A DNA stretch of 32,000 nucleotides from Candidatus Saccharibacteria bacterium oral taxon 488 (GTDB lineage: Bacteria; Patescibacteriota; Saccharimonadia; Saccharimonadales; Saccharimonadaceae), in contig CP047921.1 in NCBI GenBank assembly GCA_010202845.1, forward strand, positions 360,001 to 392,000. Reading direction: 5' to 3'. How positions within the stretch are numbered: position 1 is the stretch's first letter; each line of letters starts with the position of its first letter. Made by a program: the position numbers and the translations under genes. The notes beneath the pieces were generated by a model. The model saw nothing but the letters and a program-made list of their open reading frames with translations, searched no databases and was not told where the DNA came from. Below, piece after piece: positions 15,502-25,519 of the stretch.

Positions 15502-16860
15502 CTAGTCATGCTTGCGATCCAGGCTCATAAAACGCAGGCGCTCTGGGTGGAAGTAGAGTTGAATCTTGCCGACCGGGCCGTTACGGTGCTTGGCGATGAT
15601 GAGGTCGGTGATGTTTTGCACCTCTGGGTTATCCGGTTCGTAGTAGCCGGGGCGGTAAATAAAGCTGACGATGTCGGCGTCCTGCTCAATGGATCCAGAT
15701 TCGCGCAGGTCGGCCAGCTGCGGAATCGGCGGCGTGCGGGATTCAACCGAACGGCTCAACTGGCTCAGGGCGATCAGCGGCACGTTGAGTTCGCGAGCGA
15801 TTAGCTTCAGGCCACGGGAAATTTCCGACACTTCCTGAACGCGGTTGCCGTTGTGATTATTAGTGGCCTGCATCAGCTGCAGGTAGTCGACGATGATCAG
15901 GCCAATTTCGCCTTCGTGTGCTAGGCGGCGAGCCTTGGTACGCATCTCCAGAATGCTGAGGCCCGGCGTGTCATCAATGTAAATTGGCGCTTCTGCCATC
16001 TCGCCCATGGCTTCGGATAATTTCTCAAAATCATCGCCGCTCAGATTACCGGTACGAATATTCCAGCTATCAACGCCGGCCGCATCCGCCAGCATGCGGT
16101 CGGTCAGCTGTTCCTTACTCATCTCCAGGCTGAAGAACAGCACCGGCTTTTTCTCGATCGTCGCTACGTTGTACGCCAGGTTAGTCACCAGCGTGGTCTT
16201 ACCCATGGCCGGTCGCGCCGCCAGGATGATCAAATCCGACTTCTGCAGCCCCGCTGTCATGGTATCCAGATCGCGGTAGCCAGTCCGCATGCCACGCAGG
16301 CTGCCCTTGTTGCGGTGAAGCTCCTCGATGCGGTCAAAACTATCGGTCAAAATGCTTTCCAGGCTGACCAAATCTTGTTTCAATGACTGGTCGGAGACGC
16401 TGAATAATTCGGCCTCAGCTTTTTCTAACAATTCCTGGGTCGTCGTCGATTCATCGTAGCCAAGCTCGGTGATGCCGCTACTGGCCTTGATCAGGCGCCG
16501 CCGCACCGCTGTTTGCGCCACCATTTCGGCGTACGCTGCCGCGTGCGCTGCCGTCGGCACGTAGTTGGTGAGTTCCGTCAAATATGCCGAGCCGCCGATG
16601 AGTTCCAGCTCGTCCTTGCGCTTGAGTTCATCGGTCAAGGTCAAGAGGTCAACCGGCTTGTGCTTTTCAAATAGCCGCATCATACCAGCGAAAATCAGAC
16701 CGTGATTTTTATCGTAAAAGTCGTTAGGTTTGACAATTTCTGAGGCGTCCGCCAGGACTTCCTCGTCGATGAGAATTGCGCCGAGCAGGCTTTTTTCGGC
16801 GTCCAGGTTTTGGGGCGGCAGTTTGCCCGCCATAGTCTCGGTTTGGGTTTTTTCGCTCAT
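15502..16860 (-). CDS. dnaB: Replicative DNA helicase DnaB
   Basis: 452 aa. N-terminal PPQNLDAEKSLLGAIL, Walker A ARPAMGKTT, and IIVDYLQLM. No intein insertion. Confidence 0.95.
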   Translation of the reverse strand: MSEKTQTETMAGKLPPQNLDAEKSLLGAILIDEEVLADASEIVKPNDFYDKNHGLIFAGMMRLFEKHKPVDLLTLTDELKRKDELELIGGSAYLTELTNYVPTAAHAAAYAEMVAQTAVRRRLIKASSGITELGYDESTTTQELLEKAEAELFSVSDQSLKQDLVSLESILTDSFDRIEELHRNKGSLRGMRTGYRDLDTMTAGLQKSDLIILAARPAMGKTTLVTNLAYNVATIEKKPVLFFSLEMSKEQLTDRMLADAAGVDSWNIRTGNLSGDDFEKLSEAMGEMAEAPIYIDDTPGLSILEMRTKARRLAHEGEIGLIIVDYLQLMQATNNHNGNRVQEVSEISRGLKLIARELNVPLIALSQLSRSVESRTPPIPQLADLRESGSIEQDADIVSFIYRPGYYEPDNPEVQNITDLIIAKHRNGPVGKIQLYFHPERLRFMSLDRKHD

Positions 16861-18380
16861 GATAATTCCTCCAGGTTAACTTCTTCGCCGCCGCCCATTA
16901 GCTCGGCAATTTTCGCAAGCTCAGCGTCTTTTGGCGGGGCTTTTTGTCCGATTGTCACAATATCCAGTTCAGTGCCGGTGACTTGTTGCACAATTGTCGC
17001 AATAAGCGGGCGATTCTTCGCGTTATCCAGCTTCTTTTTATTAAAGGCATTGCCAACGTACAGAGTCAAGGTGTTGCCGTCTCGTTGCCAACTGCACTTT
17101 TGCAACAATGTCGCAATAGCGAACGACTGCTCTTTGGCCAGGGCGATGATTTTATCCCAGTCGATGTCTGCGGCGGTGGAGTCTGGTGGGCTGTCTGGTG
17201 CTGGTTGATTGCCTGCCGGGGTGGCGTCTGCTGCCGTTTTATCCGCAGAGTCGTTAGTTTGCTCCTGTTTCGGGAGGGTTTTTGGTGAATTTTCTGCTGG
17301 CTGAGCGGCTGGTGCTGGTGCTTCTGAAGTAGCTGCCGGTGACTCTGGCGCCTCTACTGGCGTTTTGGAAATGGTGAGCGGTGGTTTGGCTGTGGCTTTG
17401 GGGTTGGCGATCAACGGCGATGTATCAGCCGCCTGTTCCCCGTTGTCCATAAATATTGTCAACAATTTCAAATCTGGATGCGGATGGCGGTCGACCTCGA
17501 TCAGCTGCTTGACTAATGTAATTAACTCCGGCCGCTGATGCAATCGCGCGCGCAGCAATGATAGTAATTGACGGGACAGGACGACCGGATCGGTGCCGGC
17601 TTTTTCCAGCTCGCCAAGCAAGCTCAGTGCTCCAGAAACATCGCGCTGCCGATATAACTCCAGCAGGCTTTCCAGTGTCTCTGTGGCGCTCAGTCCTAGG
17701 TACTGGGCTACGTCGGCTGAACTCAATGGTTTGTTAGCGTCCGCCAATGCTGACAATTGATCAAGCATGCTGATGCCGTCGCGAAACCCGCCGCGCGAGC
17801 GCTCAGCGATCAGCCGAGCAGCGTCCGCCTCGATGGTAAAGCCCTCCTTCTCGGCGATAGTCATCAGCTGGCGCGCCATGATGTCCGTCGGAATGGGGCG
17901 GAAGAAAAATTGCTGGACGCGGCTGAGAATGGTGGCGGGCAGCTTGTCGGCGTCGGTGGTCGCCAGGATAAAAACTACGTGCGCTGGCGGCTCCTCCAAC
18001 GTCTTTAATAGTGCGTTGAACGCAGGTTTGGACAGCATGTGGACTTCGTCGATGATGTAGATTTTCTTTGGCGCGGAAACGGGCGCGACTTGCGCTTTTT
18101 CACGTAATGCCCGAATGTCGTCGACACCGTTGTTGCTGGCGGCATCAATTTCGATGATATCCAGATGTGAGGCTTCCTCGTCGTATGGCAACTGATTGAT
18201 CTCATGCGCCAAAATGCGCGCCACACTGGTTTTTCCCACGCCGCGCGGACCCGTCAGCAAATACGCATGGGCGATTTTCCCCTGCTCCAGCGCTCGGCGC
18301 AAAATGTTGGTCACGTGATCTTGCCCCAACACCTCGTCCAAGCTGCGACTGCGATATTTGCGGTACAGTGCTTGACTCAT
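16857..18380 (-). CDS. dnaX: DNA polymerase III subunit gamma/tau
   Basis: 507 aa. AAA+ motifs GPRGVGKTS and IIDEVHMLS, then a Pro/Ala-rich linker. An ATGA overlap joins it to dnaB. Confidence 0.95.
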   Translation of the reverse strand: MSQALYRKYRSRSLDEVLGQDHVTNILRRALEQGKIAHAYLLTGPRGVGKTSVARILAHEINQLPYDEEASHLDIIEIDAASNNGVDDIRALREKAQVAPVSAPKKIYIIDEVHMLSKPAFNALLKTLEEPPAHVVFILATTDADKLPATILSRVQQFFFRPIPTDIMARQLMTIAEKEGFTIEADAARLIAERSRGGFRDGISMLDQLSALADANKPLSSADVAQYLGLSATETLESLLELYRQRDVSGALSLLGELEKAGTDPVVLSRQLLSLLRARLHQRPELITLVKQLIEVDRHPHPDLKLLTIFMDNGEQAADTSPLIANPKATAKPPLTISKTPVEAPESPAATSEAPAPAAQPAENSPKTLPKQEQTNDSADKTAADATPAGNQPAPDSPPDSTAADIDWDKIIALAKEQSFAIATLLQKCSWQRDGNTLTLYVGNAFNKKKLDNAKNRPLIATIVQQVTGTELDIVTIGQKAPPKDAELAKIAELMGGGEEVNLEELS

Positions 18381-18388
18381 ACTTATGT

Positions 18389-18397
18389 ATTATAGCG
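18389..18397 (-). promoter_or_regulatory. -10 element for a near-leaderless dnaX
   Basis: CGCTATAAT lies 8 nt upstream of the ATG at 18380. Confidence 0.5.
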
Positions 18398-18473
18398 CAA
18401 AGTGCGGGATTAGTAAGCTGTTTGGCAGTTCAGGCTTTTATGATTTAGGTATAATCCTGCCCGCGGGCATGTA

Positions 18474-19346
18474 TTAAAACAGCGCCAGCTGCGTGTTGGG
18501 TATTTCGATGTTAATGGCGCCGTCAACTGCCTGCGCCTGGTAGCCGATGAACTTTTTCACGTTGTATACCAGTAGCTGCCCGTCATAGTCGGTGATGAGG
18601 ATCGGGCCGATGACGCTGACGACGACGCCAGCCATGGTTTTATGCCCCGTCATATCAATCACACTACTAAGGTCGCGGCCGTTCGTATGAAAATAATCTT
18701 CACATGTGATGAGTTCTCGGTTTGGAAAATCCAGCCCCAGTTTTTGCTGAATGCGCATCAGCGTGTCAGCTAGGGCCTGCTCCGCCGCCACAGCATCAAG
18801 CGTCCGCCTGATCAGCCCCAGTTTTTTGCTGGCGGCCACTGTTTCCATGATACCACTCAGACTGGCAACTTTTGCCTCATACTGCCGAGCAATCAAGGCC
18901 GAAGAAAACGTCTCCAGTTTCAACGCCAGCCGTGCCCCCTGTTCCAACAGTCGTCGAATACCGCGCTTTTCCTGCGAGATACCGACTTTGATAACTCCCG
19001 GCGCGAAATATGCCAGATAGACGAAGTGCGGCTGCTGATTGATTTTTTCTTGTTGTACCGACACCGAATCGGCATTATAAAATGCTGGATTAAAGCCAGT
19101 TCTGTTACGGCATTTCAAGCAGTTTCCATATTTGCCATCAACCGTGGCGCTGTCAGGACAAACCTGGCTGCAGTGATTGTCGAAATCCACCCAGCCCGTG
19201 CAGTATTTAGCAGAAAAATCAAACGCCAGTGACAACTCCTGCCCCACAATATCACTACGCTCAGTCTTGCCGTCAACCTGCCACTCCAGAAATGGCCGGT
19301 TTTCGGTATCAAAGCTGGCGTAGCTTAGCAAAAACTCCCCAGACAT
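18474..19346 (-). CDS. Cys-cluster protein (290 aa), hypothetical; possibly DUF2797-like
   Basis: Cysteine cluster C-x10-C-x3-C-x13-C-x2-C followed by GFNPAFYN. The family assignment is from memory only. TGATATAAT lies 6 nt upstream of the ATG. Confidence 0.6.
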   Translation of the reverse strand: MSGEFLLSYASFDTENRPFLEWQVDGKTERSDIVGQELSLAFDFSAKYCTGWVDFDNHCSQVCPDSATVDGKYGNCLKCRNRTGFNPAFYNADSVSVQQEKINQQPHFVYLAYFAPGVIKVGISQEKRGIRRLLEQGARLALKLETFSSALIARQYEAKVASLSGIMETVAASKKLGLIRRTLDAVAAEQALADTLMRIQQKLGLDFPNRELITCEDYFHTNGRDLSSVIDMTGHKTMAGVVVSVIGPILITDYDGQLLVYNVKKFIGYQAQAVDGAINIEIPNTQLALF

Positions 19347-19352
19347 AGCACC

Positions 19353-19361
19353 ATTATATCA
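19353..19361 (-). promoter_or_regulatory. Extended -10 for a leaderless Cys-cluster gene
   Basis: TGATATAAT lies 6 nt upstream of the ATG at 19346. Confidence 0.55.
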
Positions 19362-19409
19362 AAAGCCGCCCGGTAACCACCCGGGACGGCCTCAAATGTC
19401 AAAAACGGT

Positions 19410-19925
19410 CTATAGCGGCGCTTCGACAGCTGCCCAGGTGGCGTCCGGATTGTCATCAGGGATGATGATGGTGACTTGGTCGCCGACTTCGATGCGGAAG
19501 AAGGTGACGCTGGCGAGCAGGATGCGATATTCGCGGCCGTTGGCTTCGACGTAGTAAACGCCGTCGTGCTGGACGAGCGTGCCGATGACTTGTTTGCGCG
19601 AGACCGGGCCAATTTGCTTGTAGATAAAGCTGCCGTCCTCGGCGATGGTTAATTTCAAGATGTCGCCCTCGACGAGCTTGGACTTCGAGGCGTAGTTCGC
19701 CGGGATTGGATAATTCTTGCCATCAGGCCCCATCATCATTTGGCCATCAAACACGCCCTCGATTACCTTGCCGGCAACATCGTCCGATGAGGTTTTTGGC
19801 GTGACGACTTGCCCATCATCACCAACGATGCTGATCAGCAGCTCCTTGGCCGCCGCTAAGTTGGTTTCTGCTTCTTGGATGAGCGTCCTGAGGCGCTTCA
19901 CTTGCTTTTCCGGTAAATCAGACAT
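19410..19925 (-). CDS. Hypothetical protein (171 aa)
   Basis: Intact ORF with an N-terminal helical segment and two beta-rich segments that share a (V/E)xGDxhxhxI pattern. TGCTATATT at 19968-19976 would give a leader of about 40 nt. Confidence 0.6.
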   Translation of the reverse strand: MSDLPEKQVKRLRTLIQEAETNLAAAKELLISIVGDDGQVVTPKTSSDDVAGKVIEGVFDGQMMMGPDGKNYPIPANYASKSKLVEGDILKLTIAEDGSFIYKQIGPVSRKQVIGTLVQHDGVYYVEANGREYRILLASVTFFRIEVGDQVTIIIPDDNPDATWAAVEAPL

Positions 19926-20088
19926 ATGGCTCGCATTCCTTGTCTATTTTTGATAGTACGTGAGAGTAATATAGCACTAATTATGTGAGTGTGCAAGTAC
20001 CGCCGGCCTATTCGCATCGGCTAACGGCTCGTCTTTCCACAAGGATAACAGATAGTCGGGCAAAACTGTGGTAATTTTTACCCTTGCC

Positions 20089-20123
20089 AATAAAATACCG
20101 CCCGTGGTATAAGTCCCGGGCGG
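20089..20123 (-). terminator. Intrinsic terminator after rplL
   Basis: Minus strand reads CCGCCCG, a 12-nt loop, CGGGCGG, then TATTTTATT. Confidence 0.7.
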
Positions 20124-20162
20124 CATTTCTCTACGAAAACAATCGGTCGTTTCACGCAAAAA

Positions 20163-20540
20163 TTAGCTTAACTCAACGCTAGCGCCTGCATCCTCGAGCG
20201 TCTTCTTGGCAGCTTCAGCTTCGTCCTTTGACACCTTTTCCTTGACTGGTGCTGGTGCGCCGTCAACGATAGCCTTTGACTCGCCGAGGCCTAAGCCGGT
20301 GATTTCCTTCACAGCCTTGATGACAGCGACTTTTTGAGCACCCGCGTCCTTTAGGGTGACGGTGAACTCAGTTTTTTCATCTTCTGCGGCAGTATCGCCG
20401 CCAGCAGCTGGACCAGCCACCGCAACTGCGGCTGCAGCCGGCTCGATGCCGTATTCTTCTTTCAGGTGATTTTTCAATTCGTTAACTTCTAGAACTGTCA
20501 ACTTGGTCAGTTCTTCAGCCAATTTCTTAATATCAGCCAT
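20163..20540 (-). CDS. rplL: 50S ribosomal protein L7/L12
   Basis: 125 aa with an Ala/Gly-rich hinge and the C-terminal domain [27 protein letters not shown] is TAAGGAG. Confidence 0.97.
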   Translation of the reverse strand: MADIKKLAEELTKLTVLEVNELKNHLKEEYGIEPAAAAVAVAGPAAGGDTAAEDEKTEFTVTLKDAGAQKVAVIKAVKEITGLGLGESKAIVDGAPAPVKEKVSKDEAEAAKKTLEDAGASVELS

Positions 20541-20696
20541 GGTATTCTCCTTAGATTATTGATTATTTATCATCTCGAGTCATCCAATCTTCAACGCCTC
20601 CTCTTTTCGCGCCGTGCGCCTTGAATGGCGCTCGGGCTGCAACGCTATACCGGAGCTTATGAAGACCGAATAACTCGAGATGATTGATTGCTAAAC

Positions 20697-21221
20697 TTAA
20701 GCTGCAGCTTTGGCTTCGATGCCGTCCAGTAAGCCGTGCAAATTGCCGCCCAATGCGCCCACGGTATCGTGAACTGGTGAGAGTAGTTGTGCGACCACTT
20801 CGGCGATGAGCTGGTCTTTGCTTGGCAAGCCTGCCAGCGCTTTGATGTCAGCTTCGTTGATGCCGAGGCCTTCGCCTGAGAAACCACCGGCCAACTGTAG
20901 TGCTGGATGTGTCTTTGCAAACGTGTCCAAAACTTTGGCTGGCATGACCTCGTCTTCCGCGCTGATGGCGTAGACCAACTGGCCAACCAGGAGGTCAGTG
21001 TCGGTTTCTTTGTAGGTGTTGACGCCCTGCAATGCTACGCGTACCAAGCGGTTTTTGACAACCTTGATGACAACGTTTGCTTCGCGGGCAGCCTTGCGCA
21101 GCTCTTGCAATTCAGCCACGCTCAGACCCTGGTACCGCGCAAATGCCGTACCTTTGGCGTCTTTCAGAAGCTCGGTTAGTTCAGCAACCAAAGTTTGTTT
21201 TTTATCGCGTGAAATTGCCAT
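20697..21221 (-). CDS. rplJ: 50S ribosomal protein L10
   Basis: 174 aa showing the typical L10 pattern (MAISRDKKQTLVAELTELLKDAKG...). Confidence 0.95.
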   Translation of the reverse strand: MAISRDKKQTLVAELTELLKDAKGTAFARYQGLSVAELQELRKAAREANVVIKVVKNRLVRVALQGVNTYKETDTDLLVGQLVYAISAEDEVMPAKVLDTFAKTHPALQLAGGFSGEGLGINEADIKALAGLPSKDQLIAEVVAQLLSPVHDTVGALGGNLHGLLDGIEAKAAA

Positions 21222-21441
21222 AAAAATCCTTTCTTTGATTGGTTCTTGTGTGATTCGACCGATTTGTTAACGTGCGGTAATGGAGAATCTGGTTCTTGTT
21301 TACCCAAGTTTTAATCGAGCAAATAAAAACGTCTTTGATTCTCGCACTACCAAAGACGTGATTAAAACAGTTTTGTTTCATCCCTCGGCGGCATTTTTAC
21401 ATCTGTTTTTATACAAATCGCCGCTGTCTTTGGTAATGTTC
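21222..21441 (-). promoter_or_regulatory. rplJ leader of about 220 nt with alternative terminator and antiterminator pairings (L10-leader-like)
   Basis: Promoter TGCTACAAT at 21448-21456. The terminator is ACGTCTTTG/CAAAGACGT (21329-21359) followed by TTTTTATTT. An upstream ACCAAAGAC (21426-21434 in reverse complement) is complementary to the 5' arm of that terminator. Confidence 0.6.
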
Positions 21442-21493
21442 CTTAGAATTGTAGCAGAAATGACAACGGGATGCAAGACGATTATGGGTTAAT

Positions 21494-21799
21494 TTATGAA
21501 TTTTTATGTATACGATGGCGGGTTTGTGTATTTCTGCTGCGTCGAGATAGCTTCTTCCTTGCCTCTGGTGTCATGCCGCCCCAGATGCCATATTTTTCAT
21601 CGTTCTCAATCGCGTGATCAAGACAGTCATCCTTGACCTCGCATTTACGGCAAACTGCGAGAGCGTCTTTGGCGTATCGTTTATCTTTAGATTCTGGAAA
21701 GAACGTGTCTGGGTCACTTCCGAGACAGTTTGCCTCATTACGCCAGTTAGCGGTGGCAGCTTCGGACTGGTTCTTAGTATTTGGCAATAATTCACTCAT
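21494..21799 (-). CDS. WhiB-like (Wbl) [4Fe-4S] transcription factor
   Basis: 101 aa with C-x25-C-x2-C-x5-C, then the GIWGG turn and a basic C-terminal tail. TGATATAAT lies 6 nt upstream of the ATG. Confidence 0.85.
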   Translation of the reverse strand: MSELLPNTKNQSEAATANWRNEANCLGSDPDTFFPESKDKRYAKDALAVCRKCEVKDDCLDHAIENDEKYGIWGGMTPEARKKLSRRSRNTQTRHRIHKNS

Positions 21800-21805
21800 T
21801 GGGTT

Positions 21806-21814
21806 ATTATATCA
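21806..21814 (-). promoter_or_regulatory. Extended -10 for a leaderless whiB-like gene
   Basis: TGATATAAT lies 6 nt upstream of the ATG at 21799. Confidence 0.55.
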
Positions 21815-21831
21815 TACTACACGGTTATTGC

Positions 21832-21871
21832 AATATAAAACGCGCCTCAGGTGTGAAGCGCGTTTTATATT
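21832..21871. terminator. Palindromic (bidirectional) terminator after rplA
   Basis: A 14-bp stem, AATATAAAACGCGC / GCGCGTTTTATATT, with a 12-nt loop. The A/T runs form part of the stem. Confidence 0.7.
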
Positions 21872-21884
21872 AAACAGGCCAACT

Positions 21885-22904
21885 TTACAGTGAAGTTTCA
21901 ACCTTTACGCTCGGCCCCATGGCGGTGACGACAGCGATAGATTTGATATAAATGCCCTTGAGGCTGGATGGCTTTTGGGCGTTCAGGCTGGCGAGGAAAG
22001 CGCGGGTGTTTTCTGCCAGTTTGCCGGCGCCAAATGACACTTTACCGATCGCCAAGTGGACGATGGCCTGCTTGTCGACGCGGTACTCGACCTTGCCGGC
22101 CTTGGCTTCAGACACGGCTTTGGCGACGTCGGTAGCGACGGTGCCGGACTTTGGATTTGGCATCAAACCGCGCGGGCCGAGTAGCCGGGCGTACTTGCCA
22201 AGCTTTGGCATATATTGCGGCGTGGCGACCAAAATATCAAAGTTCAGCTCTTCCTTGTCCAGCTGCTTCAGGAATTCCTCGTCGCCGATGATGTCTGCGC
22301 CAGCTTTCTTAGCAGCGGCATGTTCGGTTTCCGGTGCGAAAACCGCCACGCGAACGTCTTTACCGGTGCCGTGCGGTAGTGCTACGGTCGAGCGGACGTT
22401 CTGGTCGGCTTGGCGCGGATCGACACCCAAGCGAACGTGGATTTCAACGCTGGCGTCGAACTTGACCGGGCTGGTCTCAGTCGCCAGTTTCAGTGCTTCG
22501 TCGAGGCTGTATAATTTACTTTTCTCAATCTTCTTCGCAGCTTCCTGATATTTCTTGCCGCGGCGCTCCAGGCGCGGGCGCGTAATTGGCTTCGGGCCTT
22601 TCTTAATATGTGCTTCGGTGTCGTCGGATTGCGGCGTGGTGTCGCCGGCTTCTTTGCGAGCTTCCTTTTCGGCCTTAGCTTCGGCTTCGTCGAGGGCTTT
22701 TTGGCTGCGTTTGCCGGCCTTGGCAACGACAGCCTCGCGCTCGGCGATGACGTCTTTGTCTTTAGTTTCGTGCGGCTTGCTGCTCTCAGGTGTGCCTGAT
22801 TCAGCTTCGGCAATTGCTGCCTCAATCTCGGCGATGGTATTCTTGTCGCTGACTGCTAATTGTAGTTCTGCTGCTTTTTCCAGCAGCTCGGCTTTCTTGG
22901 CCAT
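21885..22904 (-). CDS. rplA: 50S ribosomal protein L1 with an N-terminal extension of about 113 aa
   Basis: The canonical L1 core starts at [26 protein letters not shown]. The start is set at ATG 22904, which has the RBS GAAAGGA. The extension is Lys/Glu/Ala-rich. A -10 TATAAT lies at 22986-22991. Confidence 0.9.
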   Translation of the reverse strand: MAKKAELLEKAAELQLAVSDKNTIAEIEAAIAEAESGTPESSKPHETKDKDVIAEREAVVAKAGKRSQKALDEAEAKAEKEARKEAGDTTPQSDDTEAHIKKGPKPITRPRLERRGKKYQEAAKKIEKSKLYSLDEALKLATETSPVKFDASVEIHVRLGVDPRQADQNVRSTVALPHGTGKDVRVAVFAPETEHAAAKKAGADIIGDEEFLKQLDKEELNFDILVATPQYMPKLGKYARLLGPRGLMPNPKSGTVATDVAKAVSEAKAGKVEYRVDKQAIVHLAIGKVSFGAGKLAENTRAFLASLNAQKPSSLKGIYIKSIAVVTAMGPSVKVETSL

Positions 22905-23022
22905 ACTAATCCTTTCTGTGGTACAAGCGGCGACTCGCCACCCCGGGCGAATCTGCCTCCCAGCATTGATTTGATTGATAGTGGAATTATACCTGAAATA
23001 ATGCAGTAAAGCAACTAGGGGT

Positions 23023-23871
23023 TTATGCTGCGAAAGTATCTGTGTCGCCGCTGTCATGGCGCATTAACTTCGAGAGGAAACGACGGTCTGGGATAACATG
23101 AATAGTGCTATCGCCATCGTCCAGCGAAAGGGCAACCCGCGGAGCTGGCTCATCATTGGCGTGGTCGGTAATTACACTAAAGCCGGTGGATCTCATGTCG
23201 TTAAATTTACTATACGGAAGTCTAACCCCCTCACTTGTAAATGTAGACCCTTCACCGGAAAACGACCCACTCTTACAGAAATCTTCGCCCAATTGCTGAG
23301 TCAATGTTTGAACACCCCAGGCGATTATCGCAGCACGGTCAGCGGGTGAGCCGGCATATTTGGCGGTATTTTCTATGTCGAGTATTGTCTCGTGTATCTC
23401 GGGATTTGTGGCTTGAGCCGAAAAATAATTTGCTAGCAAATCAGCTGGTAGATGAACATCAAATTGGAGAATATTGCCGATTGTCGCTTGGGAGAGTGGA
23501 AAATGATGCGTACCTCCACAGGAACGAATGGCCAATGCTGCCAGCGTTCGCGAGTGATCATTGACTGTAAATGTTTTAGCCTCTGGTAACAGGAGCTCTC
23601 CTTTTAGTTGGCGGACAGCTAGCTCATCGCTCTCAGTAACATTTGTGATAGTCACTGGCGAGCCGATGTAGTCGTCCGGAAAGTGTGGGGTGATGTGCCG
23701 CTTGATTATGTTTTCGGGATCCCTATCCGGCGAGAGGTGCTCTCCTCTCTTCGTTACTTCTGTTTTGGCAGCAAGTGCGTCATTAGCCTCATCAACTCCT
23801 CGCTGAAAGCTTGGACTGCTCAGGATAGACAGTCCATCGGCTATTGGTGAATGATGACGTCTTTCTCCCAT
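23023..23871 (-). CDS. Hypothetical protein (282 aa)
   Basis: Long intact ORF on the dominant strand. No motif recognised, and no clear Shine-Dalgarno or leaderless -10. The palindrome CTACACTTGTAG lies 6 nt upstream of the ATG. Confidence 0.5.
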   Translation of the reverse strand: MGERRHHSPIADGLSILSSPSFQRGVDEANDALAAKTEVTKRGEHLSPDRDPENIIKRHITPHFPDDYIGSPVTITNVTESDELAVRQLKGELLLPEAKTFTVNDHSRTLAALAIRSCGGTHHFPLSQATIGNILQFDVHLPADLLANYFSAQATNPEIHETILDIENTAKYAGSPADRAAIIAWGVQTLTQQLGEDFCKSGSFSGEGSTFTSEGVRLPYSKFNDMRSTGFSVITDHANDEPAPRVALSLDDGDSTIHVIPDRRFLSKLMRHDSGDTDTFAA

Positions 23872-24136
23872 AATTAACTACAAGTGTAGATGGGAACACG
23901 TTATTCTGCAAGTAGTTTGATATATTTGCAATGTAGCGGGCCGTTTTGATGAGATCGATGAGTCTGGAAATTATGTACTGCAGTTGGCCGAGAAGTGTCC
24001 CGGTCCAACGACAGCTCGATTTCGGGCAAAGACGGGTCGCTTAGTAGAGGTGACGGTGTGTGATAGCGCTGCACTGCCTTGGCAAAGTAGCGGAGAGGGA
24101 AACATAGAGCCTGTACGAGTGAGGCGAAGGTCGTAA

Positions 24137-25468
<1,332 letters not shown>

Positions 25469-25519
25469 TTCATAGGTTACGAGACAAGACGTCGGGCGCC
25501 TGGTTGGCTGTAGTGGAAA

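Noticed and set aside
19977-20159. 60-aa minus-strand ORF between rplL and the 171-aa gene
   Set aside because: It spans the rplL terminator hairpin and the next promoter, and it has no RBS.
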